The notes under the pieces: model-generated | Databases searched by the model: none | The model's input: only the letters and a program-made list of their open reading frames with translations | What the model was told of the DNA's origin: nothing | Shown here: positions 28,987 through 36,200 of the stretch, one piece after another | Layout of the letters: the number at the start of each line of letters is the position of its first letter | Numbering within the stretch: position 1 is the stretch's first letter | Made by a program: the position numbers and the translations under genes | IMG/VR virus record: IMGVR_UViG_3300021399_000115 | Span: 32,001-96,000 of that record | Reading direction: 5' to 3' (one strand) | Length of the DNA stretch: 64,000 bases | From: a virus | Taxonomy: Duplodnaviria; Caudoviricetes

Positions 28987-29277
28987 TCATTCACTCCAAT
29001 CGCTTTTATCGACATTGTTGTCGGTACCATCATCTCGACTCATCCGTGACCTAATGTAATTTTTCCACCATTCATCGCTACTATTCATTTCAGATTCACC
29101 ATCCTCTGACAGCTCTTCCGAAGCCATAGTGATGGAAAATGATCCTTCAATCATATCAATTGCCTGCCGCAATCTACAATCTGGATTGCATTGCCCACAA
29201 TGCTCCATCAGATAGCACCCATCACACAATTTTTTCGCTTTAGTAAGGATTTCTTGTTTATCCAATAATTCTCTCAT
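28987..29277 (-). CDS. hypothetical Cys-containing protein
   Basis: in operon. Confidence 0.55.
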   Translation of the reverse strand: MRELLDKQEILTKAKKLCDGCYLMEHCGQCNPDCRLRQAIDMIEGSFSITMASEELSEDGESEMNSSDEWWKNYIRSRMSRDDGTDNNVDKSDWSE

Positions 29278-29486
29278 TTTAGGTCGTCCTCCAATTTGAT
29301 AGCATCCTTCAATGCATATGTAGCAACTCCTAATGCCTGGATTAACAACCTATTCATAGCATCCAAATCTTCTGCGTATGCAACCGGACAACCGACACAG
29401 TTATCATATTTTTCGCAGCTATCCATTCGGTATATTTGACATTCAATTTCTTTTGTAAGGACGCGGAGTGCTTCTACTTTATCCAT
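29274..29486 (-). CDS. hypothetical protein
   Basis: in operon, AAGGAG RBS. Confidence 0.55.
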   Translation of the reverse strand: MDKVEALRVLTKEIECQIYRMDSCEKYDNCVGCPVAYAEDLDAMNRLLIQALGVATYALKDAIKLEDDLK

Positions 29487-30099
29487 TAGTTATCTCCTTA
29501 ATATATGGAAGGTCTTTGAGGATGGTTACGAAGTTTCTCCATTCAGAAAGTTTATGTCCGGAACGCTGATGTATCATTGTAATAACATTTTCGTAGTTCA
29601 TATCAATTGTTCTTCGATAATTATATGACATAGGTAAGCCCTGGATAAGAGATCTCCAGTTTTCCTCGGTCTTGTCCTCGAGATAATTTAGTCTACGTTT
29701 TTCATTATGTTCTACAATTGCATTTGCTTCTTCCAGATTCATATCTTCCAGCGAAAAACAATCAATTGTTAGCGGTTTACTCGTCAGCTTATGCATTGTA
29801 GAAGTGGAACTCTCCGTAACTCCAACGCGGTAGGTATCAAATTCCTTGAAAAAATAATCTGGAGCAGTAATATCCATACTTACATGAATCATTCTCAAAT
29901 ACTTGCGGTGTTCCGGACCGGCTTTATATAACCTTCTCATTAAATCCAGGTCTTTCTCTCCGATTACAAACTTGGTTGTGTTGTTAGCGTAATCAGTTTC
30001 CATATGGCTGTCAGATTTGGACCAACTATTGAGCGGATTGCGCATCCCTCTAATTGCTCCTTCGAAGTTAAACACTTCAATGTTTTCTACTTTTATCAA
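29479..30099 (-). CDS. ThyX-like (flavin-dependent thymidylate synthase fold) phage protein
   Basis: AIRGMRNP..SW.KSDS, HRKYLR, EFDTYR, STMH, QRSGHKL.EW; TTG start after GAGGT. Confidence 0.7.
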   Translation of the reverse strand: MIKVENIEVFNFEGAIRGMRNPLNSWSKSDSHMETDYANNTTKFVIGEKDLDLMRRLYKAGPEHRKYLRMIHVSMDITAPDYFFKEFDTYRVGVTESSTSTMHKLTSKPLTIDCFSLEDMNLEEANAIVEHNEKRRLNYLEDKTEENWRSLIQGLPMSYNYRRTIDMNYENVITMIHQRSGHKLSEWRNFVTILKDLPYIKEITNG

Positions 30100-30149
30100 T
30101 TGGTTTACCTCACTTTTAATAAGTTGTTTTTTTGTTGTAATTACTAGAA

Positions 30150-30221
30150 CAGGGAGTATAGGTGCTGCCCCTATGTACCCAGATTCAAGGTCTGGTTCAC
30201 TAGCTGTTGTGATAACCCCCC
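30150..30221 (-). tRNA. tRNA-Gln(TTG)-like, atypical (C33, T-loop GGCAGCA)
   Basis: Cloverleaf: GGGGGGT/ACTCCCT, TCAC/GTGA, CCAGA-CCTTGAA-TCTGG, ATAGG/CCTAT. Confidence 0.65.
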
Positions 30222-30648
30222 CTAAATTTCTCAAACAAGGCCGTGTTCCACGAAATTAATTTGCGCATCGTGCGGGGTTGATTAAGCCAAAAACCCGTCT
30301 TATGGCACCTTGCTTAAGATTGCATGTGGCGAGAAAATACCCTCGCCACAAAACCTCACTTTAAGTTATTTCATTTCTGTTTCTGTTAAGTAATATTGCA
30401 ATGCTCGTCTTTCCGAGCCGTCGGGGTTTTGTAACGAAAGTTACGGGATAAAAAGCTGTTTGATCAATCACATAGTTACAAGTACGTACTTCCCAGTCTT
30501 TCCCAGGTGTCACCAGTTTTTGACAGCTATGTCCTTCGCATATTATTCTGTCACGTGCATCAGACATGTGTGGAATATGTCATTTTGCCTTTCTGCTTTC
30601 GCTTATCTTATCCACAATCAGATAAGCCGGAATCCTGGACAACCATGA

Positions 30649-30721
30649 TATCCGCAGGCCGATTCGAACAACCACTTCCCGTCGGCGGACGGGACGTACT
30701 CACCAATTATACGATACGGAT
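30649..30721 (-). tRNA. tRNA-like RNA with 8-nt anticodon loop (TCCGCCGA)
   Basis: ATCCGTA/TGCGGAT acceptor, GTAT/GTAC D stem, TCCCG/CGGGA, GGTTG-TTCGAAT-CGGCC. Confidence 0.65.
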
Positions 30722-30786
30722 AACCAATTACACATGTGCTTTCACTATTTCGGACAGCTTGTACTTCACCGACCTACTTTAGCTAG

Positions 30787-30879
30787 TGGGAACGGCAAGA
30801 TTTGAACTTGCATCTCTTTTGCGCTAAAGTGTTTTACCATAAGGATTTATTTTTTGGCACCTTATTAAACTACGTTCCC
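30787..30879 (-). ncRNA. tRNA-like RNA with hairpin inserted in D loop and shortened anticodon arm
   Basis: GGGAACG/CGTTCCC, GCAAG-TTCAAAT-CTTGC; D loop contains ATAAGG...CCTTAT; CTTT-AGCGCA-AAAG. Confidence 0.65.
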
Positions 30880-30883
30880 TTAT

Positions 30884-31250
30884 TATTGCGGCTATATCAG
30901 CCTCGTACAATTCGCTGGGTCAAATAAGCGATACCCATAAACTTTGATCGAGGATTTTATCGAAAATTAATAAATGAATTCCCTAAGCCCTACATAAAAA
31001 GAATTCTAAATTCTAAATCGCCACATCACCAGTGGCATCCACTAAACAATAATCAATGATAACTGAGCGCTTAAGCCAATTTACATTTGATTTCTCATCC
31101 CATCAGCATTGCAATATTGATGCTGCTCATATGAGAAAACACTGTATAATATCATATCGCTTCATCTCGATATTATGATGTTTTAAATGGAGCCGGGATA
31201 ACCCTCCCGGCGAGGGGCTTAAGTTTGCGAATTTCGATATAGTCGCAATA
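30884..31250 (-). ncRNA. candidate ~365-nt structured ncRNA downstream of helical-protein gene 2
   Basis: terminal stem TATTGCGACTATATC/GATATAGCCGCAATA (14 of 15 pairs), nested AATTCGC/GCGAATT, several inner hairpins. Confidence 0.65.
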
Positions 31251-31263
31251 GATTATTTAATAA

Positions 31264-31897
31264 TTAAAAATCAATTTCTATTGTAGTCAGAGCATTCGAC
31301 ACATTCAGCTTCGTATCAACCTCTGCTTCAAACGCGTCAATTCTGGACTCCAACTCAGCAATTTTCTTCTCAATATCGAGCGGATCGACAATGGCAAATT
31401 CCCTTTGCTTTCTATACGGCGCTGTAAAGGCTTCTATGTCAACTTTGTCAATTTTTTGCTTATTGTCTCCGGAAAGCTGTGTTTCGATCAATCTGTCGCA
31501 CTGAGCGTCCACTTTTGCGTTCTCACGAGCAACGGTGGAAACAGCCGAATCAAACTGCTCTTTCATCGCATAGAGGAATCTTTTGTCATACTCAATCGAA
31601 CTCTTCTTTTCTATAGCAGCTGCGACAGTCATCGTTACTCCGCCGATTTCTACCTTAGTAATTGCGTTAGAATTGACAATTGCACTCTTGAGAGCATCTC
31701 GGTTATCAATCATAGCCGTGATAGAATCAAACGAGGACTGTGCATCATTCTCGTAAGCTTTCCTTTTTCTTGTGACCGATTAAATCCGAATTCTTCTTGG
31801 CTGCTCCGACAAATTCGGCACGACCGATTGCCTTATAAATTTTGTCGTCATAGAGTTTCAGTTCTTTCAATGCTTCTGTTACTGTAATTTTTCTCAT
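31264..31897 (-). pseudogene. alpha-helical DIP1984/DUF6847-like protein, copy 2, with a 1-nt frameshift near 31760-31770
   Basis: AAGGAG RBS, MRKITVTEALKELK... stops after KKKESLRE; the +1 frame continues AYENDAQSSFDSITAMIDNRDALKSAI...MTVAAAI...SNALTTIEIDF. Confidence 0.7.
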
Positions 31898-31943
31898 AGT
31901 TAATTCTCCTTTGTTTAATAAATGAATTTACATGATTCCTTAG

Positions 31944-32030
31944 CTGAAGCGGTACGATTCGAACATACATCTTCTCGATTGGCGCCGAGACGTTTTACCA
32001 TAATTGCCGGCCAACTTAAACTACACTCCA
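31944..32030 (-). ncRNA. tRNA-like RNA with D-loop hairpin insertion and 8-nt anticodon loop (GCGCCAAT)
   Basis: TGGAGTG/CGCTTCA, GTATG-TTCGAAT-CGTAC, TCTCG/CGAGA; D loop AGTTG-GCCGG-CAATT. Confidence 0.65.
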
Positions 32031-32157
32031 ATATTGCCGGCGGCAGTCTTGGCCTTCGACTGCACTTTAATGCTCCTTAACAAACCGGCAACGAATAAAA
32101 AATCCAGACTTGGTGCAAGCACCACTTCTGATAAAAAACTCTATATGAGTTTTTTGT

Positions 32158-32240
32158 TTATGTGGGTAAGGATTTGCACCTTACATGACATCCTCATCTG
32201 AACTGTCTTTCCATGCGTTTACCTTTTCCGCCACCACATA
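32158..32240 (-). ncRNA. tRNA-like RNA (Leu-type D arm, no recognisable anticodon arm)
   Basis: TATGTGG/CCACATA, GTGGCGGAAAAGGTAAACGC, GTAAGG-TGCAAAT-CCTTAC. Confidence 0.55.
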
Positions 32241-32262
32241 ATGTAGATTTGATTTTCTACAA

Positions 32263-32336
32263 TGGAACATCCAGGGCTCGAACCTGGGACCGACCGGTTA
32301 TGAGCCGGTGGCTCTGACCAACTGAGCTAATGTTCC
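32263..32336 (-). tRNA. tRNA-Ile2/Met (CAT)
   Basis: Canonical cloverleaf; ACCGG-CTCATAA-CCGGT resembles Firmicute lysidine tRNA-Ile2. Confidence 0.92.
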
Positions 32337-32663
32337 AAACAGATTCAATCAAAAACTCCGGATTTACAATTACATAACGCCGAGACACTACAAGTTGGTC
32401 TGCGTTGCCACACCACATCCACTCCTCATTGCTCATCAAGGATTTTTTGATTGAATACAGTCCGTACAGATTCGCCTTATTATTTCAACCCCAGCAACAG
32501 GGTCACCATAATGCACTACAGTGTAAAAGCCAATCTGCCGATAATTTAGTTGTTGCCGTTTAAGTAATTATTAGTCGGTGCATCGAGAAGGTATCGGCTG
32601 AATAGATATATATCATTTCAACCTACTCACCGGTTTATTTATCCGGCTGCCGTTTGCCTTCCG

Positions 32664-33061
32664 TGCGGATAGTGGGAATCGAACCCACACGATGAAACCA
32701 TCAGCGGATTTTCATACTACTCTATGTTTCCATAGCCATGATGAATCATGTTGTAGTCTGGACCATGTCTTTACCTTGTCAGATTGGTATTCTGATTTAG
32801 GTAGATGGTATATGGTCTCTACACATTTATAAACAAAGGCTGTTCCTCAAACTCCATTTAACTACAGCGCTTCGATAATTTCCATTCAAAGGAATATTTC
32901 TAATTCCGGTTTTCGTAGCACCTTTGTTTAATTTAGCTCGGCGTTGTCTTAGCCTTTCGCCGAATTAGCCATCTCCACTTATATCGTTTCCAATATAAGG
33001 CTCTACTTTAATGTCTGCTAAGAAGAAAGTCCGCTTCGTCTGCCTATTCCGACATATCCGC
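32664..33061 (-). tRNA. tRNA-Leu(TAA), split by a group I intron (exons 33027-33061 and 32664-32712)
   Basis: Spliced product GCGGATATGTCGGAATAGGCAGACGAAGCGGACTT|AAAATCCGC...GTGGGTTCGATTCCCACTATCCGCA. Confidence 0.9.
32713..33026 (-). mobile_element. group I intron (314 nt, no ORF) in the tRNA-Leu anticodon
   Basis: Exon ends in U, intron ends in G; P7 halves TGTAGAGACCATA and AAGACATGGTCC. Confidence 0.88.
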
Positions 33062-33161
33062 AAGTTTGCCGCCTATCACGGTTATGTGGATCGCCCACAT
33101 AAGTTGATTTTCACTATGGTAAATAATTTGGTTTCCTTTGAGTGGCAACTTATAACCGTAC

Positions 33162-33363
33162 TTCCGTTGTCGAAGAAGTTTTCTCATCCAGTAGAACCAG
33201 ATTTTACTGTAATAATGTTAATCCCTAAAGAACTTGAATACTTTAACACCGTGGACTAATACATATAACAAATAATTCAAATTAATAACACATATAGAAC
33301 ATAACCATGTACAACCACAGATTTATTGTTAAAATATCATTTGAATATTACCGGATGACGGAA
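33162..33363 (-). ncRNA. candidate ~200-nt structured ncRNA downstream of helical-protein gene 1
   Basis: nested stems TTCCG/CGGAA and TCATCCGGTA/TACTGGATGA; shares TTAGGGA..CATT.ATTA..TAAAATC with 30884-31250. Confidence 0.55.
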
Positions 33364-33375
33364 AATTCGTTTCAT

Positions 33376-33882
33376 TTAATAACTAATTTCGAAAGTTACT
33401 GTATTATTCACCAGATCAAGTGTAGTCTGGAGATGTTTTAACTCAGCGTCGACTTCTTCATATGCCCTATCAGCGGCTTCAATGTCGAAGTTAGCATAGA
33501 TATAGTCAATTACATTTCCCGTAATTTGACCTCTGCGTTTCTCTTGCATACTTCTCATACGGGCGAATTTTTGTTTTCGTTCGGTCAACATACCGAGTTT
33601 AATCAACACCTGGTCAATCGTTAGTCCGGTATCTCCGACAATCCTAGAACTGTTGAATAAATTAATCGCATGTTTGATAGCAATAATCTGGTTGTCTATA
33701 ATTTCAATACAAGATTTTGTATCCTCGAAATTATAATCCGGGCGAACATCATCAAGCTTTTCGCCGACAGCCGCATGGAATTCCATTCCGTCTATTTCCT
33801 TATTGCGGAAATTACTTTTTTCTTCGTACAGTTTTCGAAGTATATTGTTTGCTTCTTTGGACGTTACCGTTACTGTTGTCAT
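33376..33882 (-). CDS. alpha-helical DIP1984/DUF6847-like protein, copy 1
   Basis: TSKEA..L, IKHAINLFN, LTIDQVL, LDLVNNTVTFEISY parallel the motifs of copy 2. Confidence 0.75.
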   Translation of the reverse strand: MTTVTVTSKEANNILRKLYEEKSNFRNKEIDGMEFHAAVGEKLDDVRPDYNFEDTKSCIEIIDNQIIAIKHAINLFNSSRIVGDTGLTIDQVLIKLGMLTERKQKFARMRSMQEKRRGQITGNVIDYIYANFDIEAADRAYEEVDAELKHLQTTLDLVNNTVTFEISY

Positions 33883-34017
33883 TGTAGTTCTCCTTTAATA
33901 ACTCGTATAACTCTTTCTGCGGAGTAATCGAAATAATAAACATCACCGCTGCTCCGCCGGCTACCATAACTCCTATGCAAATCCCAAATATTAACACCAC
34001 CAAATACATCGTTTGCC

Positions 34018-34257
34018 TTAATCCACTACTCCCAAATATTCCGGACATGGAGTGAGTAAGAATTTATAGTACTTTATCTTCAACATTTCGAGATCGAATT
34101 CACTCACTTCAATGTTATGACCATCACAGATATCTTTTTCTATTGAAGCTAAGAAAGCCGCCATCCTCTCGGCATCTAATTCCCTCACCACATCAAAGTT
34201 CGTTTTTATCGTACTCAAATAACTCTCGCTCCCATTCCGTAATCCATCTATCTTCAA
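34018..34257 (-). CDS. hypothetical protein
   Basis: TNFD.VR.LD.E.MA.FL; start uncertain. Confidence 0.5.
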   Translation of the reverse strand: MKIDGLRNGSESYLSTIKTNFDVVRELDAERMAAFLASIEKDICDGHNIEVSEFDLEMLKIKYYKFLLTPCPEYLGVVD

Positions 34258-34393
34258 TTATTTGTAGGATGACTATTTTACCGCACCCAGGGCACACTCC
34301 TAATTTAGTCGAATAGCCATTACCGTTTTCATCCCATTTAATATTTAACTCATTTCCGCATGCAAAACAGCGGTATTCAAAACTATTTTCCAT
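34193..34393 (-). CDS. small zinc-ribbon protein
   Basis: CFACG...CPGCG. Confidence 0.55.
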   Translation of the reverse strand: MENSFEYRCFACGNELNIKWDENGNGYSTKLGVCPGCGKIVILQIIEDRWITEWERELFEYDKNEL

Positions 34394-34414
34394 TCGCTAC
34401 CATAATGATACCAT

Positions 34415-34789
34415 TTAATCATCATTTTTCCTCCTATTATTTTTCCCACCGGATTTCTTTTCGGCAGTACTACTCTCCGCAGCTTTGGCTGCCTTTTTCT
34501 GCGCATTGATTTCATTCTGAAGCTTACGCATAATCGACTTCATTTTATCAAATTCCGTTCGCTTAGATCTGTTCTTCTCGGCACGTTCCAGAACCTCGCG
34601 ATTATATTCGGTTGTCCCTTCCTTATAAGGATTGGGTTTATACTTATATGTTTTGCCGGCTTCTCGGCGATCGGCAAATTTCTTCATATGTGCCTCGTGA
34701 CGCTTTGCACGAAGTTCTTTATTAGTTTCCTTGCGTCCCTGGTTACGGTACTTCTCACATTTCTTTTTCATCTTGCCGGGTTTTGCCAT
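34415..34789 (-). CDS. highly basic protein (possible nucleic-acid binding)
   Basis: K/R rich; first gene after promoter; AAGGAG RBS. Confidence 0.7.
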   Translation of the reverse strand: MAKPGKMKKKCEKYRNQGRKETNKELRAKRHEAHMKKFADRREAGKTYKYKPNPYKEGTTEYNREVLERAEKNRSKRTEFDKMKSIMRKLQNEINAQKKAAKAAESSTAEKKSGGKNNRRKNDD

Positions 34790-34846
34790 AATCTATATCT
34801 CCTTTACTAGTTAAACTAATTTGCATTTAATAATTAATCTATAAGG

Positions 34847-34875
34847 ATTGTACAACAGAAACATTCTGTTGTCAA
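34847..34875 (-). promoter_or_regulatory. sigma-A type promoter driving the RNA island
   Basis: TTGACA-17-TACAAT; ACAACAGAA inverted repeat across the spacer; TTAATWATTAA box at 34827. Confidence 0.75.
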
Positions 34876-34893
34876 TACCTTTTTAATAAATTT

Positions 34894-35172
34894 TCAAAAC
34901 ATAAATCCGAAGATAATATTTGCGTCATTTCCATAGCACTCATAATAATCCACATTCTCATCATGTTCCACGTTAGTAGCATCAATAGTAAAGGAACCTT
35001 CATCTATATCGATGTATATCATATTCTCATCGTCCGACACATCCCTCAGAACTACGTCCAGGCTCATCCCCACGCCCAAATCCGGATTCGCTTTAATTTC
35101 CATTGTAATTGCGGTTTCGTTATAACAAACATCCTCGAGTCTTTTTACCAGCGCTTCTCTTGTGTCCATCAT
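34894..35172 (-). CDS. small acidic protein
   Basis: GGAGGAG RBS; D/E rich. Confidence 0.6.
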   Translation of the reverse strand: MMDTREALVKRLEDVCYNETAITMEIKANPDLGVGMSLDVVLRDVSDDENMIYIDIDEGSFTIDATNVEHDENVDYYECYGNDANIIFGFMF

Positions 35173-35304
35173 ATAAATTCTCCTCCATAAGGTCTTCCCC
35201 AATAGTGTCTCCCTATCGGGGAAGTTAACGAACAGTAATCCGAACATCTGTTCGATTCATTAATGTAATAATAGCACACCTTGATTCAACTTGCAAGGCC
35301 GGAT

Positions 35305-36198
35305 TTAAATAAAATTTCCGTATATATTTATATAGGTGGTTAAATTTTGAATTTTCCCATATCTTGTTTCTATTACATTGCGAAGATCGCTATGTAGTAC
35401 ATCATCTAGTGATAGGTTCTTTTCTTTCATAATCCTGCGGATATAATCAAGTCTACCTCCCTCCATAATATCTTTCCGCGAGATTTCACTAGGTAACCCC
35501 ATATAATTAAGTCCGCCTCTAAACCTTCCGCCTAAAAGCAGCATCATATTTGTCTGCGGATTTTTAACGTTAATCGGTCTAATTATTTTATCTGAGGGAA
35601 TATAGTCATATTCTCTTTGTTGCTTTTTTGTGCTAGTCCAAGTCATTTCTTCAGCCGCCATCAAGATAATGTTACGAAGTTCATTAGAAATTATAATTGT
35701 CCTTCCATCGTGAAGTCGCAATTCGTTTCCATTAAGATCTGCAGCTCCTACATTAATTAAATTTTGCGCATTAACACCCTCAAATAATCCGAGGTATATA
35801 AATTGATCCGAGTAGTTGTTCAATGTCCGGATATTTTCCATCAGTTCTTCTCTGGTAAGAATCAATGTTCTTAACTTTGTAAAATCAATACATTGGCAGA
35901 GTGTTTCCGTGGTAAGTTCAGCAAAATGATTTTGATTATCATTAACCAATCGGTTTGTTATGCACCAGTCGGTGTATATACTCATCGATCCTTTAAAAAT
36001 AACCAATGTTTGTATCCGTGGCGTACTCATATATTTCATGTATCGGATAATTTCTGTTGATGTCCATTCGCAGACGTCACGGTCATACTCCTTTTCAAAG
36101 TATTCCATTGACTCAAACCAAATCTCCGTATTTGGAGATAATTCCACTTCACTCTTGCGTTCTTTTAAAAACTGGAGCTTGCGATCTGCATTATACAT
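35305..36198 (-). CDS. MrpR/YopR-like phage repressor (degenerate tyrosine recombinase fold)
   Basis: MYNADRK..FL, FEK..DRDV, N..DQFI..GLFEG, GR motif; synteny with recombinase and DGQHR-like gene. Confidence 0.65.
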   Translation of the reverse strand: MYNADRKLQFLKERKSEVELSPNTEIWFESMEYFEKEYDRDVCEWTSTEIIRYMKYMSTPRIQTLVIFKGSMSIYTDWCITNRLVNDNQNHFAELTTETLCQCIDFTKLRTLILTREELMENIRTLNNYSDQFIYLGLFEGVNAQNLINVGAADLNGNELRLHDGRTIIISNELRNIILMAAEEMTWTSTKKQQREYDYIPSDKIIRPINVKNPQTNMMLLLGGRFRGGLNYMGLPSEISRKDIMEGGRLDYIRRIMKEKNLSLDDVLHSDLRNVIETRYGKIQNLTTYINIYGNFI

Positions 36199-36200
36199 AA

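Noticed and set aside
30100-30234. N-terminal extension of the ThyX-like ORF
   Set aside because: It overlaps the tRNA-Gln-like gene; a TTG start with RBS exists at 30099.
32460-32660. tmRNA or preQ1 riboswitch
   Set aside because: Only a short A-rich resemblance; no tRNA-Ala-like ends, tag reading frame or preQ1 loop sequence.
30361-33259. Short ORFs at 30361, 30460, 30507, 32004, 32257 and 33011
   Set aside because: They overlap tRNAs or structured RNAs and lack convincing RBSs.
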